DNA of 64,000 nt, taken from contig CAMCVM010000002.1 of the NCBI GenBank assembly GCA_945882015.1, positions 51,116 to 115,115 on the forward strand, written 5' to 3'. Positions 19,311 through 27,440 of the stretch are shown here, piece by piece (the stretch's first letter is position 1; each line of letters starts with the position of its first letter). A program made the position numbers and the translations under genes. Below the pieces are notes generated by a model. It saw only the letters and a list, made by a program, of their open reading frames with translations, was not told the DNA's origin and ran no database searches. The stretch comes from a candidate division TM6 bacterium GW2011_GWF2_32_72. Its GTDB lineage: Bacteria > Babelota > Babeliae > Babelales > CAIQNR01.

Positions 19311-19586
19311 ATGTTATTAGGTATTTTGACTTCTCTTTTTAGCCTTATGTGCTTTTTCTTAATCTTTCTGATTTTTTTACAAAAAGGCAAAGGAAGCATG
19401 GGCCTTGGCTCTATGGGTGGCGGAACACAAATGTTATTTGGTGGCAGCGGAGGACAAGATCTATTCCAAAAAGCTACATGGGTTTTAGTGGGAATTTTTT
19501 TAGCAGGTTCGTTAGGGCTGGCTATCTATAAAAACAAAACAATTAATCAATTGCGTAGCGCAAAACAAACACAGTCTCCATTTTAA
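19311..19586 (+). CDS. secG: preprotein translocase subunit SecG
   Basis: Two TM helices flank the Gly-rich loop LQKGKGSMGLGSMGGGTQMLFGGSGGQDLFQKATW, which is typical of SecG. Confidence 0.8.
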   Translation: MLLGILTSLFSLMCFFLIFLIFLQKGKGSMGLGSMGGGTQMLFGGSGGQDLFQKATWVLVGIFLAGSLGLAIYKNKTINQLRSAKQTQSPF

Positions 19587-19624
19587 AAAAGCGCCTTTCG
19601 TAAATCACTTTAAAAAGGGGTCTC

Positions 19625-20401
19625 ATGGTTTTACAAGTTGCAGAATCTATTGGAAAAAGAGTTTTAGCACTTTGTGATGTTTTTGGGCTCTTTTTTATTT
19701 TTTTGTGTGAAGTCTTAATCGCCTTAATAACTACTCGATTGCGTTTAAGAAAGCTTTTTGAGCAAATGCGTTTTGTTGGCGTTGATTCGATTAATATTAT
19801 CTTATTAACTGGGGCTTTTTCTGGAGCGGTCCTTGCATTACAAAGTTACATCGGCTTTAAACGTTTTGGGGCCGAAGAATTTATTGGTCCAGTTGTTGCG
19901 CTCAGTTTAACGCGCGAACTAGGCCCTGTGTTAACCGGATTGATGGTAACAGGAAGAGCTGGGTCTGCAATTGCTGCTGAAATTGGCACCATGCAAATTA
20001 CTGAACAAATTGATGCGCTTAAAACGCTTACTATTAATGTAAATCAATACTTAATGGTTCCCCGTATTTTAGGGAGCGTTATTATTATGCCTTTTTTAAC
20101 GGTCTTTTCTATGATGTGCGGTATTATTGGTGGGTATGTTATCAGTGTTTATGTCCTTAACTTAAATGGGGAACAGTACATCAGCGGGATCAAAAGTTTT
20201 TTAGAGTTTTCTGATATTACTGGCGGACTTATTAAATCAAGTGTTTTTGGATTAATACTTTCTTGGGTTGGTTGCTACAAGGGCTATTACACATCTGGTG
20301 GTGCAAAAGGAGTAGGTATTGCAACAACACAAAGCGTGGTAACTGCTTCTATCTTAATACTGATTTCTAATTACTTTTTAGCAACTATGCTTTTTAAATA
20401 A
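19625..20401 (+). CDS. mlaE: MlaE-type ABC transporter permease
   Basis: The region GAEEFIGPVVALSLTRELGPVLTGLMVTGRAGSAIAAEIGTMQITEQIDALKTL matches the MlaE/YrbE family core. Confidence 0.85.
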   Translation: MVLQVAESIGKRVLALCDVFGLFFIFLCEVLIALITTRLRLRKLFEQMRFVGVDSINIILLTGAFSGAVLALQSYIGFKRFGAEEFIGPVVALSLTRELGPVLTGLMVTGRAGSAIAAEIGTMQITEQIDALKTLTINVNQYLMVPRILGSVIIMPFLTVFSMMCGIIGGYVISVYVLNLNGEQYISGIKSFLEFSDITGGLIKSSVFGLILSWVGCYKGYYTSGGAKGVGIATTQSVVTASILILISNYFLATMLFK

Positions 20402-20414
20402 AGAGACAAACGTA

Positions 20415-21191
20415 ATGATTATATTAAAAGATCTTAAAAAACGTTTTTCCGAAGATGGCCCATTTATTACCGATGGTGTTAATCTTGAAATCCCTAGTGG
20501 GAAAATGACCTGCATTATCGGTCGATCTGGGGAAGGTAAATCTGTTTTACTCAAACAGATTATTGGTCTTATTCGCCCTACCTCTGGGCAAGTAATTATT
20601 GACGACATGGATATTACCAAACTTTCTGACAAAGAATTGACTAAAGTTTTTAAAAAAATGGGTTATGTGTTTCAATTTGCAGCTTTACTTGATTCGCTGA
20701 ATGTTCTTGAAAATGTGGGGCTTCCACTTTTGGAAAAAGGGATGGCACTTAAAGATGTAGAAGTGGTTGTCAGGCAAAAACTTGCACTGGTTGATCTTTC
20801 AGCCGATGAAACACTGCATAAATATCCATCAGAACTTTCTGGGGGTATGAAAAAGCGTGTTGGCCTTGCAAGAACTTTAGTAACCGACCCCGAAATTATT
20901 TTATACGACGAGCCAACAACAGGCCTTGACCCAATCACCACACGCATTATTCATGAACTGATGGCATCAATGCAAAAAAAGCTGAAAATTACTTCTGTTG
21001 TTGTTTCGCATGATCTTGAAATTTTTAAATATGTTGACAAGGTTGCGTTACTTGAAGACCGCAAGATCCAGTATTTTGGTGATGCTGCAACTATCTGGGA
21101 AAGCAACAACCCGTATGTCCACCAGTTTATCCATGGCCTTTCAGAAGGCCCAATCCAGACTGAGTTAATTCATAGCAAAGATAAATTTTAA
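20415..21191 (+). CDS. mlaF: MlaF-type ABC transporter ATPase
   Basis: Walker A GRSGEGKS, signature LSGGMKKRVGLARTL and Walker B ILYDEPTTGLD. It lies immediately downstream of mlaE. Confidence 0.85.
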   Translation: MIILKDLKKRFSEDGPFITDGVNLEIPSGKMTCIIGRSGEGKSVLLKQIIGLIRPTSGQVIIDDMDITKLSDKELTKVFKKMGYVFQFAALLDSLNVLENVGLPLLEKGMALKDVEVVVRQKLALVDLSADETLHKYPSELSGGMKKRVGLARTLVTDPEIILYDEPTTGLDPITTRIIHELMASMQKKLKITSVVVSHDLEIFKYVDKVALLEDRKIQYFGDAATIWESNNPYVHQFIHGLSEGPIQTELIHSKDKF

Positions 21192-21277
21192 GCTACTACT
21201 ATCTTTTTTAGACTCAGCTGAATCAAACATCTTTGACAATCTTTTGCCAAGCAACTTAGCAACTCAGGCTCTATGTA

Positions 21278-24200
21278 TCAATTTCCTTTAGCTTTTCTTA
21301 ATTCGTTCAAGTTAGCTTGAACTACACTTTCAAATGATAGGACAGCTGCCTGTGCAACGTCAAAGTCTTTTTGCCCCTTTAAATGCTGAGCTTTATTAAG
21401 AAGTTCAATATAAACTCTTGTCAATTGAAGTAACTGTTGAAATTCAGGCACAGTTGTTGCAGCATTAATCATTTTCCTTAACAGCAATATACATGCAAGA
21501 AACTGACTGGATTGAGCCTTAAAATCGTGTTCCTCCAACTTTTCATGCGGAATATCAAAAAGAATGCTTAAGAGCTCTCCCCAATCGTTCAGTTTTTCAG
21601 TATAATCTTTGATTTGTTCAGATGTAAATTGAACCTTAGTGTCATCATTTATTACATCTTCAGTTGCTAATAAATCGCGTTGAAAATCTGTTAACCTTTT
21701 GCTAAAAAATTCTGGTCTTGTAATTAATAATTTATTCGATTCTTTAATGAGCGTTCTAATAAGCGTAAGTTTTTCCTGTATTTCAGCTTCTATTTTTGTG
21801 TCAGTTTCTTGCAATTGACCGCCGTGCCCCTGCTCAAGCCTAACTGCATTCTTCGATAAAAATTGCATTATATTCTCAAGTTGTTTTCTTGTTTCTTCAC
21901 GTAACGTTTTATCTGGCGCAGATAGAGATAGAGCAACGGCATTCAATAACATTGCGTAGTAAGAAGTAACACTCATTAAATCTAGTCTTTTTTGAAGTTC
22001 GGTTGTCCCGGCATGTGTTGTTATCATGGCACCTAATGGAACTGTCCACCAATCAAGTTCTTCAATAAGTTTGTTGCGTGTAGAATCACTACTCAAAAGT
22101 TCATACCCTTTAACAGAATCTATCAAAACAGCTTCTGCCCACCTTTTAAGTCCTTGGTTAAATTGATCAACCACTCTTTCAGCCTCACTTTTTGGTTGTT
22201 GCTGACCTTTTAAAGATTTTAATATGGATGCTGAATCTTGTGGCTTTAATTTTTCTTGAACTTTTACTTCAGGCTTTTTAACGGTCTCATTTCTGATTTG
22301 TAATGCTGCAGGTTCATCCGGCAAAAGACATTCTTCTTTAGCGTGACGCATCCGATATTCAAGTCTTTTTTTATCATTCTCTGCTAATGAGGATTGGTTT
22401 AGATAGTATTCAATTGCTGCTTCAATTCCCTCAAAATAACCTCCCTCTGTAACCATCTCGATTGCTTGACCAATTGCTTCTTCTTTCTTAGATTTATATG
22501 AACCTTTATTAAATAAGTTAGAATATGGACCTTTTATAATTGCTCTAGCAGCCACCATTCTTGTTTCAAAATCATTATTTTCATTTTGTTGCGCTCTAAA
22601 AAGCTTTTCTAACATATTGGCCGTTATACTTCCTGCTGTATTCATACGATTATATAGGTCATCGCCTAATATATTTTTCATTATCGTTTGAGGATCTTGT
22701 TTTTTTAATATTTTTGCTGGTTGTCCTTTTGCATTTCTTGCAGCTTGTCGATCTAAGTATTCTCTTTCTCTTCGATCTTTTTCTGCTTGCAAAGCAGCGG
22801 AATCGGCACTAACCTGGTCGCCTTTTTTCTTTGGTTTTTTGGCTTTAGAAGAATCTTGCCCTTGAAGATTTACTGGTTTTGGTTGCTCTAATTGTTGTGC
22901 CAATGTAACTTCTTCTAATCTTTGCGCTGTAGCTCTTGCTGAAGCTTCTCTGTCTGCTTGATCTTGTTGTGCTTTTTCTTGAGCTCTTTCAATTTCTTCT
23001 CTTGCTGCTTTATCTTTTTGTGCTTTTTCAAGTGCTTGTTGTTCTTGCTCTTTTTTTTCTCTTTTTTTTGCTTTTGCGGCTTTTTGCATCTCTCTTTTTC
23101 TTCTATTTCTTGCAGCATTTGAAAGTGTCCCAGGTCCCGTTTGTTGATCTTGCACTTGATCATCTGCTGATTCTTCATCACTTTCTACTGGTTGCTGCGT
23201 TGCGCTTTGCGCTTTCTGTGTTTCTTCTTGTGCTCTTCTTTTGGCCTCTTCTTGCTCCTGCTCTTGCATTTGACGAGCGAGAGCTTCATCTTGTTCTATT
23301 TGAAGCCTTTTTAATTCTTCTTTTTCTTCATACTCATCAATCATTAATTGTTCTAAAGCATCCTGCGCAAGCTCTTGTTGAGCTTGTGGAATATCAAAAG
23401 CTGTTACTCCCATTGCTATAAGATCTGCATCTGGTATTCCTTTAAGAATTAAATCTTTTAAATCATCTGGTGACATGGCCTGTTTAACAGGTCTCTGGGT
23501 AGCTCTGTTAGTAGAGGCTTGCGATTGTTCACCAGAAGGGTTCATTTCTTCTGAGGTCAAAAGTGATGGTCCTTGAAATTCAAATCGAGTTGAAGGTTTT
23601 TGTTGAGGTAAAGAAGCTGCTTGCTGCTGGGCGGCTTGGAGCAATTGCTCCATTTGCTGTCGCAGTTCAGCTACTGTTCTGCTCAAATCAGCTATTTTTG
23701 CTTCTTGTACTTGTATTTGTAGTGCAGTTGGTTGTTGTTCAGCTATCCTTGCTGCTTGCATTTCTAGCGCAGTTGGTTGTTGTTGAAAACCAAATGGCAA
23801 TAAAGGAAAGCCTGTTTGTTGCGGGTATAATCTACTATATCCAGAAACCGTTTGTGAGTTTTGCGGCACCAATGTTTTAGCAAAAAGAGTAGGTTGATTT
23901 TGAAGTGGCCTTACTGGACCTTGTCCTCTCTCTCTTCTTACTACCGAATTTTCTCTTTTCCTCTGGTCAGCCTTCTGTAAAAGCCGTAAAAGTTGTGGTC
24001 CTTGATTTGTTACAGCGGCTGCTTGAGTTGATCCTGTCGCTACAGTAAAAGGTTGACTTGAGGGACTCAGCAATTCTCTTAAGTTAAGAATATATTTATC
24101 TTTATTTTTTTCTGGTAGCAATTGACCATTTACTAGTGCAGCTCCTGAATAATAAGTTCCATTATCATTGAAAATAGATACGAAAGGAGAATTTTGTTCT

Positions 24201-24307
24201 ACAGAAAGCTTTATATAATCACTCAAAGTTGACTTTTGGTCTTCAAGAGTAACTTGCTTTGCTACAAGAGCAAGAATGTCATCTTTTGGACCTTTAAAAG
24301 TGAGCAA
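21278..24307 (-). CDS. large (1009 aa) charged, low-complexity hypothetical protein; the only available start is non-ATG (TTG)
   Basis: Long ORF with Q-rich and E/K/Q/A-rich coiled-coil-like regions and a helical C-terminal domain. There is no ATG near the 5' end. The frame continues upstream to an in-frame TAA (see feature 24347-24463). Confidence 0.6.
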   Translation of the reverse strand: MLTFKGPKDDILALVAKQVTLEDQKSTLSDYIKLSVEQNSPFVSIFNDNGTYYSGAALVNGQLLPEKNKDKYILNLRELLSPSSQPFTVATGSTQAAAVTNQGPQLLRLLQKADQRKRENSVVRRERGQGPVRPLQNQPTLFAKTLVPQNSQTVSGYSRLYPQQTGFPLLPFGFQQQPTALEMQAARIAEQQPTALQIQVQEAKIADLSRTVAELRQQMEQLLQAAQQQAASLPQQKPSTRFEFQGPSLLTSEEMNPSGEQSQASTNRATQRPVKQAMSPDDLKDLILKGIPDADLIAMGVTAFDIPQAQQELAQDALEQLMIDEYEEKEELKRLQIEQDEALARQMQEQEQEEAKRRAQEETQKAQSATQQPVESDEESADDQVQDQQTGPGTLSNAARNRRKREMQKAAKAKKREKKEQEQQALEKAQKDKAAREEIERAQEKAQQDQADREASARATAQRLEEVTLAQQLEQPKPVNLQGQDSSKAKKPKKKGDQVSADSAALQAEKDRREREYLDRQAARNAKGQPAKILKKQDPQTIMKNILGDDLYNRMNTAGSITANMLEKLFRAQQNENNDFETRMVAARAIIKGPYSNLFNKGSYKSKKEEAIGQAIEMVTEGGYFEGIEAAIEYYLNQSSLAENDKKRLEYRMRHAKEECLLPDEPAALQIRNETVKKPEVKVQEKLKPQDSASILKSLKGQQQPKSEAERVVDQFNQGLKRWAEAVLIDSVKGYELLSSDSTRNKLIEELDWWTVPLGAMITTHAGTTELQKRLDLMSVTSYYAMLLNAVALSLSAPDKTLREETRKQLENIMQFLSKNAVRLEQGHGGQLQETDTKIEAEIQEKLTLIRTLIKESNKLLITRPEFFSKRLTDFQRDLLATEDVINDDTKVQFTSEQIKDYTEKLNDWGELLSILFDIPHEKLEEHDFKAQSSQFLACILLLRKMINAATTVPEFQQLLQLTRVYIELLNKAQHLKGQKDFDVAQAAVLSFESVVQANLNELRKAKGN

Positions 24308-24346
24308 TTGACTCTTATTTAAAATGTCTAATAAAGCTTCTTTTTC

Positions 24347-24463
24347 TTAATCCGTTAAGGGCTTCTGGTCAGTAATTGACTGACCTTGATCAGCAGAGGC
24401 ACCATAAATAACAACATGATTTAAGGTTAGTAAAGACAAAAGCAAAAAATATTTTTTGAGCAT
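24347..24463 (-). other. orphan signal-peptide mini-ORF (38 aa) in frame with the 1009-aa ORF, ended by a single TAA
   Basis: ATG 24461-24463 has a GGAG SD 7 nt upstream. It encodes MLKKYFLLLSLLTLNHVVIYGASADQGQSITDQKPLTD, then TAA (24347-24349). The same frame then reads EKEALLDILNKSQ and runs into the TTG at 24305-24307. Translated by hand. Confidence 0.6.
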
Positions 24464-24565
24464 AACAAACTCCATTTTAATTTAACGATATTTATTGCAA
24501 GTTTAAATCAAAAAAACTCAGTTTGTCAATAAAAAATAAAGTAAAAAGCTACTTAAGCTTAAAAA

Positions 24566-25096
24566 TTATAAATCTTTAGCTTCAAAATCTTTATACAAAA
24601 GACTTGGTTGAATGCCAGTGTTATTTTGATATTTATTACTACTATAAAGCCTATAAGCTCCTTCTATAGTGTGATAAAAAATCTGACAGATTTCAACGCC
24701 CGCATAAATGCGAATTGGCTGCACACAAAAAATTTCAAGTGTCCAAAAACCAGCAAATCCGACATCGCCAAACCCAGCGGTGATATGAATAAACAAACCT
24801 AATCTACCGATTGAAGAACGACCTTCTAACATAGGTACGCAATCATCGGTCTTGGTAAATTCAATTGTTCTGCCTAGATAGAGCGTATCTTTTTTTAAGA
24901 CTAATCCTTCTGGTGGAATTGTTAATTTTTGAACAGGATTTGGTGTTTTCATATCAAGCACAGGTGCATCATAAACCAACAACTCGTCGTGCAAGCGTAA
25001 ATTATAACTATTAGGCCCCAGCTGAGAATCATTAAATGGATCAATGATAAGGCTTGTTCCTAGTTTCTTTTTAATTTGTTGACCAGAAAGAATCAT
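24566..25096 (-). CDS. dcd: dCTP deaminase family protein
   Basis: NSYNLRLHDELLVY, LEGRSSIGRLGLFIHITAGFGDVGFAGFWTLEI. Confidence 0.85.
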   Translation of the reverse strand: MILSGQQIKKKLGTSLIIDPFNDSQLGPNSYNLRLHDELLVYDAPVLDMKTPNPVQKLTIPPEGLVLKKDTLYLGRTIEFTKTDDCVPMLEGRSSIGRLGLFIHITAGFGDVGFAGFWTLEIFCVQPIRIYAGVEICQIFYHTIEGAYRLYSSNKYQNNTGIQPSLLYKDFEAKDL

Positions 25097-25222
25097 TCCC
25101 GCTCCTTTTATATTGAAAATTTATAACACTCAATCTAACACTTTTTCTTACACTTTGCATCCGACAAAATCCTTGGTAAACTTTTGAGTATTCTTTTAGC
25201 TTAATTTTAAAAAGGAAAGAAC

Positions 25223-26212
25223 ATGGCAACTTCTATTTTTGATCAAAATGTAATAGAGCAGATAAAAGAAAAAAGCGCACTTTTTCATCTTTTAGCAAGC
25301 GAAGTTTCAAAGGTGATTGTTGGACAACATGATATTGTTACATTTTGTCAGTTAGCTATTTTGTGTCAAGGACATATTCTTTTAGAAGGTGTTCCTGGAG
25401 TTGCAAAAACAACCCTGATTAAAGCCCTTAACAGAGCTCTTGGTTTAGATTTTTCTCGTATTCAATTTACCCCAGACTTATTGCCCGCTGATTTAATTGG
25501 AACTCTTATCTATAACCCGAACAAACAAACATTTGAAACAAGAAAAGGGCCTATTTTTGCTCATCTTGTTTTGGCTGATGAAATTAATCGCACACCTGCA
25601 AAAGTTCAGGCTGCTTTGCTTGAAGCGATGCAAGAGCGCCAAGTGACTATTGGGTCAACTACCTATGAACTTGAGCAGCCATTTTTAGTATTTGCAACAC
25701 AAAACCCTATTGAGCAAGAAGGTACTTATAGACTTCCAGAAGCGCAAGTTGATCGATTCTTGTTTAAACTTTTGGTACATTATCCAAACAAACAACAAGA
25801 ACTTGAACTGTTACACAAAAAAATTGTTTTAGATTCAATTAAACAAGTCCTGCAAAAAGATATTATTTTTCAAGCGCAAAAGCTTGTTGAACAAGTTTAT
25901 GTTGATGAAAAAATTAAAAATTACATTGTTGATTTAGTATTTGCAACACGAGAACCTGCTCAGTATAAATTAGCATCTATTGCTCCGTTTTTGTTGTATG
26001 GGGTTTCGCCTCGAGCAACCCTTGCGATCCATCAGGCAGCAAAAGCGTATGCTTTTTTAAAACATCGCCACTTTGTAATTCCTGACGATGTTAAAGCAGT
26101 TGTGCCTGCAATATTACGTCATAGAATTTTGTTAACGTATCAAGCAGAAGCACAAGAAATTTCTGCTGATTCTGTAATTGAAACTCTTTTAGCAACAGTT
26201 GCAGCCCCTTAA
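25223..26212 (+). CDS. MoxR-family AAA+ ATPase
   Basis: GHILLEGVPGVAKTTLIKALNRALGLDFSRIQFTPDLLPADLIGT, LADEINRTPAKVQAALLEAMQERQVT, VFATQNPIEQEGTYRLPEAQVDRF. Confidence 0.85.
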   Translation: MATSIFDQNVIEQIKEKSALFHLLASEVSKVIVGQHDIVTFCQLAILCQGHILLEGVPGVAKTTLIKALNRALGLDFSRIQFTPDLLPADLIGTLIYNPNKQTFETRKGPIFAHLVLADEINRTPAKVQAALLEAMQERQVTIGSTTYELEQPFLVFATQNPIEQEGTYRLPEAQVDRFLFKLLVHYPNKQQELELLHKKIVLDSIKQVLQKDIIFQAQKLVEQVYVDEKIKNYIVDLVFATREPAQYKLASIAPFLLYGVSPRATLAIHQAAKAYAFLKHRHFVIPDDVKAVVPAILRHRILLTYQAEAQEISADSVIETLLATVAAP

Positions 26213-26264
26213 AATAAAAGTGATTTACATTTAACCATTAAAGTCTTTACATCTGAGCACAAAC

Positions 26265-26294
26265 TTGACAAGGTAAAGACAACAAAGGTATCGT
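26265..26294 (+). promoter_or_regulatory. candidate sigma70-type promoter of the secretin operon
   Basis: TTGACA (26265-26270), an 18-nt spacer, then TATCGT (26289-26294). This would place the transcription start near 26301, ahead of the SD aaggaa and ATG 26325. Confidence 0.3.
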
Positions 26295-26324
26295 GTTTCA
26301 ATGATTATTCAAAAGGAACTCTCT

Positions 26325-27440
26325 ATGCGCCATCCGCTATGGTTAGTTGACAGCACATTCCTTATTCTGTTTTTAGCTGCGGCAATATTTGTTTTTTTTT
26401 CGCAGCAAAAACTCCCTAAACGGATTACTTTACAATCAGAAACGATAAAGACTGCTCCTGTAAAAACTGCACCTTCAATTGATATTACTCAAATTTATGA
26501 AAACGATTTATTCAACACGTATCAAAAAACAGTGCAACCAATTTCACAACCAGATTACTCTCACCCAATGCCACAAGTTCCAACTCAAAGCACTGTAAGC
26601 GCTCCTGAACAAAAAAACCAACCTTTATTAGAGCCATTGAATATAAAACTTAAAGGGGTGATCGTTTTAAATGATGCAAGCAATAATATTGCAATTATTG
26701 CTGACACAAAAAGCTCGGAACAAAAAAATTATAAAGTTGGTGACCTTATAGAAGATGCACAATTAATTCGCATCTTATCCAATCGCATTATTTTAATCCG
26801 TTCAAACGGACAGCAAGAAGTTCTTTACCTTAACGAAAAAGATATTGAAAAATCCCCACTTGTACAAAGCGAAAAAGCTCATTGGGCGACTGTTGTCAAA
26901 AAAATACACGACGAACTCTTTTTGTTAGATCCTGAAATGTTCTGTCTTGTGGTACGCAATATTGCGCAATTAATTGATCTGCTTGACCTTACCACTTTAT
27001 ATCAATCTGGAAAAAGTATAGGGTGTCGCGTAGGCAATATCATGCCTGACTCATTAGGCGCCGCAATGGGAATTGAGCCGTTTGATGTGGTTACTTTAAT
27101 CGACACTCTACCAGTTAATGAAACTGAACAACGCCATACTGTTTATCAAAAACTATTAGAAAAAAAAGAAGGGCAAACGGTTGTTATAGAACTTCTGAGA
27201 AATAACGCTCCGCTTACTTTTACCTATCAATTGCATGACTTAAAAGACCCATTTGATGACACGTTACATGCTATGCAAAAAACAGAAAAGTTAGAAGGTA
27301 TTACTGATCAATCTTATACTCAAGACATACAAGAAGAACGTTTGAATCTTTTAAGAGAAAAATATAAATTTGCTCCAACAGCACAGGAAATAAAAATTCA
27401 ACAAAAAACCACTATGCTTAAAGAAGGAAAACAACAATGA
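26325..27440 (+). CDS. GspC-like protein (TM anchor + HR-like domain + PDZ-like domain); track ORF starts at 26301
   Basis: ATG 26325 is preceded by aaaaggaa. TM helix LWLVDSTFLILFLAAAIFVFF. HR/PilP-like beta segment LNIKLKGVIVLNDASNNIAIIADTKSSEQKNYKVGDLIEDAQLIRILSNRIILIRSNGQQEVLYL. PDZ-like segment GCRVGNIMPDSLGAAMGIEPFDVVTLID. Confidence 0.6.
   Translation: MRHPLWLVDSTFLILFLAAAIFVFFSQQKLPKRITLQSETIKTAPVKTAPSIDITQIYENDLFNTYQKTVQPISQPDYSHPMPQVPTQSTVSAPEQKNQPLLEPLNIKLKGVIVLNDASNNIAIIADTKSSEQKNYKVGDLIEDAQLIRILSNRIILIRSNGQQEVLYLNEKDIEKSPLVQSEKAHWATVVKKIHDELFLLDPEMFCLVVRNIAQLIDLLDLTTLYQSGKSIGCRVGNIMPDSLGAAMGIEPFDVVTLIDTLPVNETEQRHTVYQKLLEKKEGQTVVIELLRNNAPLTFTYQLHDLKDPFDDTLHAMQKTEKLEGITDQSYTQDIQEERLNLLREKYKFAPTAQEIKIQQKTTMLKEGKQQ

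Noticed and set aside
19214-19531. Track ORFs 19214..19399 (-) and 19349..19531 (+) around secG
   Set aside because: One lies in the divergent promoter region and overlaps the secG start on the opposite strand. The other is an alternative frame of secG. The SecG frame carries the family motif.
22915-23421. Track ORFs 22915..23181 (-) and 22936..23421 (+) with extreme K/E or L/F composition
   Set aside because: They are alternative-frame or antisense readings of the E/K/Q-rich low-complexity segment of the 1009-aa gene. Biased repeats keep all frames open, and nothing independent supports them.
23563-23880. Track ORF 23563..23880 (+)
   Set aside because: It is antisense to the Q-rich repeat region of the 1009-aa gene. 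The composition is an artefact and there is no SD.
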